Of a DNA stretch of 64,000 nucleotides, positions 32,575 through 42,506 are shown one piece after another. The stretch spans positions 1 to 64,000 of the forward strand of contig CAWIUY010000008.1 in NCBI GenBank assembly GCA_963839375.1, given 5' to 3'. The notes beneath the pieces are model-generated. The model was not told where the DNA came from. It saw only the letters and a program-made list of their open reading frames with translations, and made no database searches. Positions within the stretch are counted from its first letter, which is position 1, and each line of letters starts with the position of its first letter. The position numbers and the translations under genes were made by a program. This stretch comes from an uncultured Trueperaceae bacterium (GTDB lineage: Bacteria; Deinococcota; Deinococci; Deinococcales; Trueperaceae).

Positions 32575-33609
32575 TCAGCGTGCGTCGGGCACGACCTCAC
32601 CCTCGTCGACGCCGGTGTCGCTCGCCGCCACGTCCAACTCCTCGCCCAGGGCCCGCCGCAGCGCCCGCAGTGCGGTGGCCAGCGCCGGATCGACGTCGGG
32701 CTCCACGATCACGCGCGTGAGATCGGCGACCGTCGCGGCTTCCCGCTTCGTCGCCACCGGAACGTCGGGGGTCAAGCCCCAACGATCGATGCTGCGTCCA
32801 TCGGGAAGCAGCCACGCGAACGTGACCAGGCGCAGCTCACCCTCGTTGGACAACGGCACGGTCGATTGCCCGACCCCCTTGCCGGCGGTCACGTCGCCGA
32901 ACAGCTGCGCTCGGCCGTACGTCTGCAGGGCGCCGGCCACGATCTCCGCGGTCGAGGCCGTGTCGGCGTCGACCAGGACCGCGAGCGGCAGGTTCAGAGA
33001 CCTTGGGTTGGCGAAACCGAGCGGCAACGCGCCCTGACCTGTGCTGCGGTACCCCAACACGACGTCCGACAGGAAACGGTCGAGCACCTGAAGACCCGTC
33101 AACACGAAACCACCGTCGTTGCCCCTCAGGTCGAGCACCAAGCCACGGACGCCGCGGACGACCAGCGCGTCGAGTTCGGTGGAGAAGCGTTCACCCGCGC
33201 GTTCGCTGTCGAACGACAGCACCCGCAGGTACCCCAGGTCGCCGAGGGTGGCGGTGACGATCACGTTCGGGTCACGACGGAGGGCCGCGTCCAGGTCCAC
33301 CTGTTCGGCGTCGAGGTACGTCACGTAGGGATCGTCGAGCGCATCCACCAGGCCCCGGATGGCGCCCCCGAGCAGGGCGTCGGTGTCGACCTCACCGCGG
33401 TAGCTGCGCGTCAGCGCGCGGTACGCCTCGAGGAACGCGCGCCCGGCCGGGTCGGCGAGCAGCGCGTCGACGGTGGCCTCGTAACCTGGCTCGACCGGTC
33501 CCTGCGCCGTCACGACGCCCCAGGTCGCCGGCGCCGAAACGGCGAGCAGCAAGACCAAGACCTGGGGGACCAGACGTCGAGATGCCTTCACACCTCCACC
33601 ATGTCGCAT
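32575..33609 (-). CDS. S41-family peptidase (C-terminal processing/tail-specific protease-like, no PDZ detected)
   Basis: signal peptide; catalytic-region motifs LVLDLRGNDGG and ...GDVTAGKG...; ATG at 33609. Confidence 0.7.
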   Translation of the reverse strand: MRHGGGVKASRRLVPQVLVLLLAVSAPATWGVVTAQGPVEPGYEATVDALLADPAGRAFLEAYRALTRSYRGEVDTDALLGGAIRGLVDALDDPYVTYLDAEQVDLDAALRRDPNVIVTATLGDLGYLRVLSFDSERAGERFSTELDALVVRGVRGLVLDLRGNDGGFVLTGLQVLDRFLSDVVLGYRSTGQGALPLGFANPRSLNLPLAVLVDADTASTAEIVAGALQTYGRAQLFGDVTAGKGVGQSTVPLSNEGELRLVTFAWLLPDGRSIDRWGLTPDVPVATKREAATVADLTRVIVEPDVDPALATALRALRRALGEELDVAASDTGVDEGEVVPDAR

Positions 33610-33665
33610 CGAACACCGTGTTTCGGTCACGAAGGACACAGCGACGCCGACGGATACCCTGGGCC

Positions 33666-34004
33666 ATGACCCTCGACGACTACCAACAGGGTGCCTTGCG
33701 CACCGCCCAGTACCCAGAGGCCGCACGCCTCCTCTACCCGGCGCTCAAGCTCGCCGGCGAGGCGGGCGAGGTGGCCGAGAAGCTCGGCAAGCTCATGCGC
33801 GACGAGGGCTGGCGCCCCGGCCTCGCCCTCGCCGACGACCAGCGCGACGCGCTCGCCAAGGAGCTCGGCGACGTCCTCTGGTACGTGGCCGTCCTGGCCC
33901 ACGACCTCGGCGTCCCGCTCGAGCAGGTGGCGGCCGGCAACCTCGCCAAGCTCGCCGACCGAGCGGCGCGGGGCGTGCTCGGTGGGTCGGGCGACGACCG
34001 CTAG
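33666..34004 (+). CDS. MazG-like nucleotide pyrophosphohydrolase domain protein
   Basis: EAGEVAEKLGK ... ELGDVLWYVAVLAHDLG (EExxE/D metal motif of the MazG all-alpha NTP-PPase family). Confidence 0.7.
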   Translation: MTLDDYQQGALRTAQYPEAARLLYPALKLAGEAGEVAEKLGKLMRDEGWRPGLALADDQRDALAKELGDVLWYVAVLAHDLGVPLEQVAAGNLAKLADRAARGVLGGSGDDR

Positions 34005-34142
34005 GTGGCGACGACCGCTAACCCGCAGCGACCCGCTCGGTGCACGCGGCCACGGCCGGCACCCGCGGTGCGACGCTGCTCAGCGGACTCCGCCGGCGAA
34101 CCGCGCCATCTGGGTCCCCCTCCCGCGGGCGTCCTCGTCGAA

Positions 34143-34171
34143 GACCGGTGCGACCTCGCGTCGCACCGGTC
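34143..34171. terminator. 12-bp perfect inverted repeat hairpin between the convergent mazG-like and nrdJ genes
   Basis: GACCGGTGCGAC-ctcgc-GTCGCACCGGTC. Confidence 0.55.
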
Positions 34172-34191
34172 CGCCGTTCACGCTTGCTGGC

Positions 34192-37100
34192 TCATCCGCA
34201 CTTGCTGAAGCCGCACGACTCGCACTTCATGCAGCCCTCTTCGAACCGCAGCGGCGCGCCGCAATCGGGGCAGCCTTTGCCGCGCTGCAGGACGTTCTCG
34301 ACACCGGCGGTCTCGAGTGCGACGGCGATCAGGTCGGCGCGGGAGGCCACCAAGCGCCCCTCGTAGGTGCCGTACATGCCGCCGTTGATGCCGCGGAGCG
34401 TCTTGACGACCGCCTCCGCCGGCACGCCGTACTGCAGCGCGATCGACACGACGCGGCCCAGCGCCTCGGAATCGGCGTTCGCTTCGTCGCCTGCCTTGCC
34501 GCTGGTGATGAAGACCTCCACCGGCAGACCGTCTTGTTTGTTGACCGTGACGTAGAAGCCGCGCTTCTCGCCGTCGGGCAGCGTCAGCTTCACGGCGTCG
34601 GTGAAACCGGTGAGCCGCAGCGGACGGTCGAACAGCGGCTCGCTGGGGAGGCGCTCGACGATCTGGCGACGCGTGGGTCCCGGTTGCGCCGAGGTCGCGT
34701 CGACCTTCGGCTCGGGGTTCGTGTTCGAAGTCGGTTCCACGTCGGCCTTCTTCCCCGTGCTCGTCGACAGCACCTGGAACTGTCGCGATCCGTCGCGGTA
34801 GACGGTGATGCCCTTGCAACCCGTGGCGAACGCGAGGCTGTAGGCGTCGTAGACGTCGGCCACGCTCGCCTCGTTCGGCAGGTTGATCGTCTTGGAGATC
34901 GAGTTCGCCACCATGGCGCCGCCCTCGTCGAAGGCGCTCTGGACCGTGCCCTGCATCAGGACGTGGTCGCGCGGTGAGATGTCGTGGGCGCAGACGAGGA
35001 CCGCGCGCACGTCGTCGGGGATGAAGGCAAGGCCCTGCACGCTGCCGTGCGCGTCCTGCACCGCTTGGACGACCTTGGCCCAGTCCCACGCGTCGCCGGA
35101 GCGGTAGTCGGGATGGGGCGGATGACGGTCGAGCAGTTCCTGGAACAGCGGTGCGATGATCGCGGCGTAGTCGGTGCCGATCTTGCGGTAGATGAACGGC
35201 GCGAAGATCGGCTCGACCCCCGACGAGACGCCCATCAGCATGCTCGTGGTGCCCGTCGGCGCGACGGTGAGCATCGCGACGTTGCGGCGCCCCTCCGCCA
35301 GCGCGGACTCGTGGAACCCGGGGAACGCGCCGCGCTCCTCGGCCAGCGCAGAGCTCGCCTCGGTGGCGGCCTCGCGCAGGTGGGTGATCATCGCGTGCAC
35401 CGCCCGCCGGCCCTCGTCGCTGTCGTAGCGGAAGCCCATCCGGATGAGCGCGTCCGCCAGCCCCATGATCCCGAGGCCCAATCGGCGCAGGTAATGGCTC
35501 ATCTCGCGGTTGTCCTCGAGCGCGAACTTGTTGACCTCGAGCACGTTGTCCAGGAAGCGGATCGTGGTCCGCACGTCGGCGCGGAAAGCGTCGGCGTCGA
35601 AGCCCTCGAGCCCCACCGCTTCCCGTTGGACGTAGGCAGCGAGGTTGATGGCGCCGAGGTCGCAGGGTTCGCCGGGAAAGAGCGGGATTTCGCCGCAGTT
35701 GATGAGCGACGAAGTCCATTTGCGATGAACGCGTGAGCCACGGGCTCCGTCATGTCGAAGACCGGCTCGACGCCGTCGGGGATGACGTTGGTCGACACGT
35801 GGTCTCGAAGCGCTGCGCGTACGACGGGCGCTGCTTGGCGTCGAGAGGGCTCTTCGACCCTGCGTTGCTTGGCCCGACGTCAGGAAGCCGATCTGCTCGA
35901 TGAACAGGTCACGGTGTCCGCTTGGCCAGCAGCAACTCGTACTGGGCGCGCACATGCGATACTCGTTGAGGCCGCCGCGGCCGTCCGGCAGGTCGCTTCA
36001 CCCGAGGCGCCGCCCGGTATAGCGTGGATGACGATCACCAGACCGAAGTTGGCGAGCAACAGTTGAACGTCTGGGAGGAGACTCGGCGAGGAGCTGGGCG
36101 AGCCGAACCGGCACGCTCTTCTTGCCTGGACTCGCCGTGCACGGACTCCGTCGGCCGTCGAAGAGGCCCTGGAGGAAGCCGACAGAACGGCTTCGCGCGG
36201 CGCTCAAGATGGCGTCGGTAACGCGCTTCGCACCGGGTCTGCACGTCGAAGGCCTCGAGGTTCGCCAAGACGGCGATGACAACGTGTCCGAAGCCAACCT
36301 GATCTGACTCAGCGTGCGCCTGTTCGACTGCCACAGAACCGACTCGATGAACCATGCCGATGCGCGCGTTAGAGCCTCATGGTCCGCGCGCTCGAGACGA
36401 GATGCCGGCACTGCTCGTCGCCTGATGAACCGTCGCCGACGAGCAGACGCCATGGGAGCACGGTACGGTCTAGAACGTGGCCATCGCCCACGAGCATGCG
36501 GCGAACAGTCGCAACGTCCGGTCCTCGGACGCGATTGCCGGCTCCTGACCGAGGCGGGCGCGCCGCGGTGCGTCGTGCAGGCGCGACCTAAAATCGTACC
36601 GTCGCCCGCAGCTTCGCCCGCTTCGAACAGCACTCCGTCTCGAGACGGTTACGAGTTCGTGCCGAACCACCCGGGTATGGAGCCGGTGATTCGCGCGTCA
36701 GAACGCAGTTCGAAACCAGCTTCGTCGTGGCGCGGAACACCCGCACGCACCGGACCTTGAACACCGTGACGGAAGAAACCCTGGCGTCTCGAGCGGGAAG
36801 CCGATGCCGTCCGATCAACGGCGCAGAGGTCGCGACTCGAAGAGTTCGGCGACCGTGCCGCGCGCCTGCGGTGGGTCATGACCCAGGTAGTCGGCAGGTG
36901 ACGCACGGGTTCGTGGCCTTGATGTCCCCCAACGACGCCCGCATCGGGTTGAACTCGTTGATGCGGTCCACGTAGATCAGGCCCGGCTCGCCCGTCTGCC
37001 AGGCGTGCTGGGCGATCTCCCAGAGGACGCCGCCCGGGCCGTCGGCCTGCGCCTGCTCCATGAAGTCGTCGGTCACGAGCACCGAGATGTTGAACGTGCT

Positions 37101-38180
37101 GATGTCGCCCTCGGCCTGCTCGCGCTCGAGGTCCTTCGAGGTGATGAAGTCGTGGACGTCGGGGTGAGTGATCGAGATCGTCGCCATCCCCGCGCCACGC
37201 CTCGTCCCGCCTTGCCTGATCACGCGCAGCGTGGGCGAGAAGACGTACCGCAGCGTCGCCACCGGTCCCGCGTGCGCCGCGCCGCCCAAAGCCGCCCAAC
37301 GGGCGAAGCTGTCGAAGACCTCCACGGCGAACGACGACGGCCCGCTCGACGTGCCGCCCGAGCCGTTGACGGGCGTCCCCTCGGCGCGCAGCGAGCTCAG
37401 GTCGAGGATCAGGTCGTCGCCCGCGAGCAGCGTCCGGACGACCTGCGCGGCCGCGGCCCAGATGCGCTCGACCGAGTCGCCCACCTGGGTCACGGGGATG
37501 CCGGGCGGGGTGTCGTGGTACTCGACGAAGCGCGCCGCGTGGTAGCCACGCGTGGTGTAGGTGCCGTGCACGAGGTCGAGGAAGGTGCCGTCGCGCACCT
37601 TCTCGTAGTCGGCATGACCGGGCGTGATCGTGAGGAACAGACGGCCCACCCGCCCTGCGAAGGCGCGCTTGGGCGGGAGTGGGTCGAGGTTGAGACCGTT
37701 GCCGCCGCCCACCTTGGTGACCACGGCCAGCTTGGTGGCCAGGTGGAGGACCCAGTCGTCGGTGCCCTCGGTCTCGGGGCGACCGTCCTGGACGAAGCAG
37801 TTGAGCACGTTGCCGTGGTTGGTGGCGGCGCCGGCCAGGACCCGTCCACCGGGGCAGAAGCGCTTGCCCACCATCAGGTCGAAGAAGCGGTCGGCTTGCG
37901 CGACGCGCAGCTCGGCCGGCTCGGGCTTCGCGACCCAATCGGCCACGCGTCGGAACATGCCCAGCAGGTCGCCGTCCCCGTCCAGGAAGTACTGCCGCTT
38001 GGCGATCGACACCGCGTGCTGGTCGAACGCGGCGAGGGCTTCGGTGCTGGGATTGGGAACGACGTCGGCCACGCTGGGCACCCCTTTTCGCGCGTACGAG
38101 CCCGGGAGGGTGGGGCCTCCGGGGCTCAGGTTCGCTCGGTCGAGTACTACATCTGGTACGTATCGATCTCCTACATACAA
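34192..38180 (-). pseudogene. nrdJ: class II adenosylcobalamin-dependent ribonucleotide reductase NrdJ, split at the NPC|GE active-site motif by a 1204-bp intein-like insertion with disrupted frame
   Basis: N-extein (36906..~38081) ...SIAKRQYF...VGKRFCPGGRVLAGAATN...GDIKATNP; C-extein (34192..35697) CGEIPLFPGEPCDLGAINL...GCPDCGAPLRFEEGCMKCESCG; exteins are in different frames, with stop codons between them; start probably GTG ~38081/38072 rather than TTG 38180. Confidence 0.8.
35698..36901 (-). mobile_element. intein-like insertion in nrdJ (intein block F/G motif and LAGLIDADG-like motif present; several frame breaks)
   Basis: lower GC than its flanks; one frame encodes ...PDGVEPVFDMTEPVAHAFIANGL (intein C-terminal splice motif) ending 1 nt out of register with N|CGE; another encodes GFLQGLFDG (LAGLIDADG-like); 4-nt TGCG (gene sense strand) repeated at both junctions. 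Confidence 0.6.
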
Positions 38181-38413
38181 GTCTCAGTGCACGGTCGATG
38201 CGATGTTCGCCACAAACCCGGCGTGTCCCGCGGACCGGGGATCGAGCGCGCTTCGCGAACGCGACGTAACGGCGATCCTAGCACGGGTACCAGATGTGGT
38301 GCTCGGAGTCACCACGCTCGCTAGCCATGGTATCTAGAGCGTCCTGGACGTGCTCCCTCGCAGCGGGACGCGAGGGGTCGCGTCCAGGACGCACGGCACG
38401 AATCGGGCCGTCT

Positions 38414-39934
38414 TCAGTGCCTGAAGTGACGCCGTCCCGTGAACACCATGGCCAACCCCTGCTCGTCGGCCGCGGCGATCACCTCGGGATCGCGCACCGA
38501 CCCCCCCGGTTGCACGACCGCCGTGGCCCCCGCGGCGGCGGCGGCGTCCAGGCCGTCGCGGAACGGGTAGAAGGCGTCCGAGGCGCAGGCGCCGCCGGCA
38601 GCGCGGCCCGCCGCCTTGCGTGCGGCGATCTCGGCGGCGTCCACGCGGCTCTGTTGGCCCGCGCCGATGCCCACGGCGCGGCCGTCCTTGACGAGGACGA
38701 TCGCGTTCGAGCTCACCGCCGCGCACACGATCCAGGCCATCGCCAGGTCGGCCCACTCCGCCTCCGTCGGCGCGCGCCTCGTCACCACCTGCCAGGCGTC
38801 GCGGTCGACGACGACGTCCTCGGGGCTCTGCACGAGGAAGCCGCCGTCGATGCGCCGCAAGCCGTACCGCAACGGCCCGGGCGCCGGTGCTTCGAGCACC
38901 CGCATCGCCTTGCGCTTGGAGGCGAGCACGGTGCGCGCCTCGTCGTCGTAGCCCGACGCGATGAGCACGTCGGCCTTGGGGTTGGCCATCAGCGCCTCCG
39001 CCAGGGTCCGGTCCACCACGCCGCGCAGCGCCACCACACCGCCGAACGCCGACTTGGGGTCGGCTTCGAACGCCCGCTCGTAGGCCGTGGCCAAGTCACC
39101 GGCGACCGCCACGCCGCAGGGGTTGGCATGCTTGACGACGACCGCCGCCGGGCCCGCCGGGAACGCGTGGACGAGACGCCAGGCGGCGTCGGCATCGAAC
39201 AGGTTGAGGTACGAGAGCGCCACGCCGCCATGCTGCGTGGCGTCGTCCCACCAGCCGCGTTGACCGGCTTCGCGGTAGCGCGCCCCCACCTGGTGCGGGT
39301 TCTCACCGTAGCGCAGGATCTCCGCGCGCTCGAGCGTGACGTGGCGCGTGGGCGGCAGTGGGTCGTCGCCGTCGAGGTACGCCACGATGGCGGCGTCGTA
39401 GGCCGCGGTGTGGGCGAAGGCGTCGCGCGCCAGGGCGCGGCGCCGCTCGAGCGGCAGCGGGCCGCTCCGCAACGCCTCGAGGGTCGGGCCGTACGCCGTG
39501 GGGTCGACGACGACCACGACCCGGGCGTGGTTCTTCGCCGCCGCCCGGATCATCGTGGGACCGCCGATGTCGAGTTGTTCCATCGCCTCGTCGTCGGTGA
39601 CATCGGGCTTCGCGACGGTGGCGCCGAACGGGTAGAGGTTGACGGCGATCAGGTCGATCGCCTCGAGCCCGTGCGCGGCCAACTCGGCCTCGTGCTCGGG
39701 CGTCGGCTTGGCCAGCAAGCCGCCGTGGATGGCGGGATGGAGCGTCTTCACCCGCCCACCCAAGATCTCGGGGGCGCCGGTCACCGATGCGACGCTGCGC
39801 GCATCGAGACCGGCCTCGACGAGCGCCTTGTGGGTGCCGCCGGTGGCGATCAGGTCGTAGCCGAGCTCCGCCAGCCCGCGGGCGAAATCGATGAGGCCGT
39901 GCTTGTCGGAAACGCTGAGGAGGGCGCGAGGCAT
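38414..39934 (-). CDS. purH: bifunctional AICAR transformylase / IMP cyclohydrolase
   Basis: [18 protein letters not shown]...GGTHKAL (MGS-like domain) and the AICARFT domain ...[11 protein letters not shown]... Confidence 0.9.
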   Translation of the reverse strand: MPRALLSVSDKHGLIDFARGLAELGYDLIATGGTHKALVEAGLDARSVASVTGAPEILGGRVKTLHPAIHGGLLAKPTPEHEAELAAHGLEAIDLIAVNLYPFGATVAKPDVTDDEAMEQLDIGGPTMIRAAAKNHARVVVVVDPTAYGPTLEALRSGPLPLERRRALARDAFAHTAAYDAAIVAYLDGDDPLPPTRHVTLERAEILRYGENPHQVGARYREAGQRGWWDDATQHGGVALSYLNLFDADAAWRLVHAFPAGPAAVVVKHANPCGVAVAGDLATAYERAFEADPKSAFGGVVALRGVVDRTLAEALMANPKADVLIASGYDDEARTVLASKRKAMRVLEAPAPGPLRYGLRRIDGGFLVQSPEDVVVDRDAWQVVTRRAPTEAEWADLAMAWIVCAAVSSNAIVLVKDGRAVGIGAGQQSRVDAAEIAARKAAGRAAGGACASDAFYPFRDGLDAAAAAGATAVVQPGGSVRDPEVIAAADEQGLAMVFTGRRHFRH

Positions 39935-40052
39935 GGCCGAAGGGTACCAGCGTCAGCGCCCGTCGGTACCCCCCAGGCGGGACGCAGCGGCGGGCCACGA
40001 ACGGGGGCTGCCCGCGAGGCACGAAGGAGACCCGCCCCAAGGGCACGCACGC

Positions 40053-40086
40053 GAGCGGCGCCAGGCAGGATCGCCCGGCGCCGCTC
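40053..40086 (-). terminator. hairpin terminator downstream of the PPIase gene
   Basis: GAGCGGCGCC...GGCGCCGCTC, 10-bp stem. Confidence 0.5.
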
Positions 40087-40133
40087 ACGTCAGCTCGACC
40101 TACCCGGCCGGCTGCTCCGATCGAACCCGTGCT

Positions 40134-42206
40134 TCAACCCGACCTCGTCACTGCGCCTCGGGGGCCGGGGTCTCCTCCGCCGGGGTCGCCTCGGCCGGCG
40201 TCGCGTCGGCCGGCGTCGCGTCGGCCGGCGTCGCGTCGGCCGGGCGTCGCGTCGCTGGGCGCCGCACCGTCCTCGGGCTGGACCGGCGTGGCCGTCGGAT
40301 CGACCTCGTCGGCGGTGTCGGTGACGGCGCCGTCGCCCACACCCAGGTCGAACGTGGGAGGCGTCGCTTCGACCAGCGTGGCCTCGACCGGGATCTCGGC
40401 GCGCAGCTCGTCCAGCCAGGCGTTGCGCAGCTCGGCGCGGCGCTGGGCGAGGACCGTGTCCGTGACCTGGCCGCGGACCTCCTCGAGCGGCCGCACGCGT
40501 TCCGGCGTCCGCTCCGCGACCAGGACGACGTAGCGTTCGACCGTCGTGGTCTGCGGCTCGGCCGCCGTCTCGGCGCTGGCCGCGTCCTCAGTCTGGGTGT
40601 CGACGGCCTCGGGCAGCGCGGTGACCTCGTCGGTCAGCGCCAGCACGTCGGAGACCTCCCAGGGCGTGCCCGGCACGGGTTCGAACGCGTCGGTGCCGAA
40701 CAAGGTGGTGTCGAGGACGTCCTCGAGCTGACCCGGACGGACGGTGCCGAGCTCTTCGACGCCGGCCTCCAACGCCGCGGCCGCCTCGACGTAGTCGGCC
40801 CCCTCGAGCAGCTGCGACCGGTAGGCGGCGGCGTCCTCGATCGACGCCAGGTCGACCCGGACCGTCACCGCCGACGCCGGCACCGTGAACTGCTGCTGGT
40901 TCTCCTCGTAGTACGCCACGACGTCCGCCTCGTCGACGGACGCGTCGCGGGCCACGTAGGCGAGCGCGCTCTGAGCCACCAGCGAGCGCGGCCCGACGAA
41001 CGGCACGTCGAGTCGCTCCGCGCCCTGGATCGCCAGTTCCTGGTCGACGAGCTGACCCTGGATGGCGGGCTTGAAGAAGGCCGTGATCAGCACCGCGTTG
41101 TCGGGCGACAGCGCCTGCTGGATCTGCGGGTTGGTGTACGTCGCGCGCACCACCTGCGAGCGCAGGATCTCGGTGTCGCCCACCCGTGCCACCGGTTCGT
41201 CCTGGTAGGTCAACAGGCTCTCGGCCGGCACCTCGATCCGCGCCGACTCGACCAGGTCGTTCACGGCCGCCTCGAGCACGCCCGACTGCTTGGCCGCCAG
41301 GGCGTCGTCGCGCACCACGTCGGCGACCTCTTCGAAAGGACGCGGCTCGGAGGGCAGGTACCCCTCGACGACGACCACGTGGAAGCGGTTGTCGGCTTCG
41401 ACGACCTCGGTCACGCCCTCCCCCTGCAGACCGAAGGCCGCGGTGGCGACGGCGGTGGGCAGCGCGGGACGGCCGACCGGACGCGGAGCGGTTTCGCCCG
41501 CGGCCGCGCCCAGGGCGCCGCCCCGGTCGGCGCGCTCGACCGACATCTCACTGGCCACGGTGGCCGCGTCCTCGCCCGCGAGGATGCGATCGCGCGCCTC
41601 GACGGCGGCCTCCAGCGTCTCGGTGACCAGATGGCGGGCCACGATGCGTTCCTCGCTGACGTAAGCGTCGCGGTTGCCCTCGAAGTAGGCGGCGACCTCT
41701 TCGTCGGTCACGTCGACGCCCTCGACGATGGACGCCTCCCAGCGCTGCTGGCGGAGTTGCTCGCGCAGGTAATCGCGGAACGTGGCGTCGTTGAAGCCGG
41801 AGCCGCCGATCAAGCGCAAGTAGGCGTCGTCGTTCGCGCGACCGTCCACGCCGCGGCTGGTGCGGAACTCGTTGACCGCGTTGCGCACGTCACCGTCGGT
41901 GACCCGCAGGCGGGCGCTGTCCTGCCGCACGAGCTCCTGCCGGATGACGGTGTCGACGAGGAGCAGGTCGAGGTCGTCACCCACCTCTCCCTCGGACACG
42001 GCGGCGAACAGGGGGTTGGACCGCGCCTGGGCGATCTCGAGCTCGTGGATCGGCTCACCGTTGACGCGCAGGGCGACCGCGCCGAGCTGGTTGGCGCCAC
42101 CGGTTCCCAGGCCGAGTGAGGGGGTGAAAGTGATGACCATCCCGAGCAGGAGCCCGATCGAGACGACCCACAGGATGATCGTGTTGGCACGGCGGCTGAG
42201 CTTCAT
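40134..42206 (-). CDS. periplasmic PpiC-type peptidyl-prolyl cis-trans isomerase (SurA/PpiD-like chaperone); C-terminal tail runs through a 15-bp tandem repeat with probable frameshift
   Basis: N-terminal TM anchor, SurA-N-like domain, parvulin-type PPIase region (...ADRGGALGAAAGETAPRPVGRPALPTAVATAAFGLQGEGVTEVVEADNRFHVVVVEGYLPSE...); alternative frame 40148..40342 gives a (PADAT)n tail. Confidence 0.75.
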   Translation of the reverse strand: MKLSRRANTIILWVVSIGLLLGMVITFTPSLGLGTGGANQLGAVALRVNGEPIHELEIAQARSNPLFAAVSEGEVGDDLDLLLVDTVIRQELVRQDSARLRVTDGDVRNAVNEFRTSRGVDGRANDDAYLRLIGGSGFNDATFRDYLREQLRQQRWEASIVEGVDVTDEEVAAYFEGNRDAYVSEERIVARHLVTETLEAAVEARDRILAGEDAATVASEMSVERADRGGALGAAAGETAPRPVGRPALPTAVATAAFGLQGEGVTEVVEADNRFHVVVVEGYLPSEPRPFEEVADVVRDDALAAKQSGVLEAAVNDLVESARIEVPAESLLTYQDEPVARVGDTEILRSQVVRATYTNPQIQQALSPDNAVLITAFFKPAIQGQLVDQELAIQGAERLDVPFVGPRSLVAQSALAYVARDASVDEADVVAYYEENQQQFTVPASAVTVRVDLASIEDAAAYRSQLLEGADYVEAAAALEAGVEELGTVRPGQLEDVLDTTLFGTDAFEPVPGTPWEVSDVLALTDEVTALPEAVDTQTEDAASAETAAEPQTTTVERYVVLVAERTPERVRPLEEVRGQVTDTVLAQRRAELRNAWLDELRAEIPVEATLVEATPPTFDLGVGDGAVTDTADEVDPTATPVQPEDGAAPSDATPGRRDAGRRDAGRRDAGRGDPGGGDPGPRGAVTRSG

Positions 42207-42267
42207 GGGTGTTGACGTCCTCCAAGGCGTGGTGCTAGCTTGACGTTTGCGTTCGTACGGTTCTCGC

Positions 42268-42344
42268 GCGCCCGTAGCTCAGTCGGATAGAGCGTTCGCC
42301 TCCGGAGCGAAAGGTCACAGGTTCGAATCCTGTCGGGCGCACCA
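42268..42344 (+). tRNA. tRNA-Arg (anticodon CCG)
   Basis: folds by hand: acceptor GCGCCCG/CGGGCGC, anticodon loop CTCCGGA, T-loop TTCGAAT, CCA end. Confidence 0.9.
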
Positions 42345-42506
42345 AACCACGGCGCAGCATCTCGAACGATGCTCTCGACCGTTCTGCAGCGTCGAAAAGT
42401 GTATCACGCACCCCGGATGAGGAGTTGAAGCCATCGTCCGGCAGACCGACGGAGACGCGCAGGGTTCACCGGGGTCGGACCCCGGACCCGCACGAACCCA
42501 CCACCT

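Noticed and set aside
35698-36901. IS or MITE insertion in nrdJ
   Set aside because: No terminal inverted repeats and no transposase ORF. The 4-nt repeat is equally explained by the ambiguous intein/extein codon boundary.
35698-36905. Group I or group II intron interpretation of the nrdJ insertion
   Set aside because: Boundaries permitted by the TGCG duplication never give a 5'-exon U together with a terminal intron G (group I), or GUGYG...AY (group II), and no domain V-like hairpin was found. Intein splice-motif peptides are present instead.
39891-42119. 742-aa ORF on the + strand
   Set aside because: Antisense to the well-supported PPIase gene. Gly/Arg/Asp-rich translation typical of spurious high-GC ORFs.
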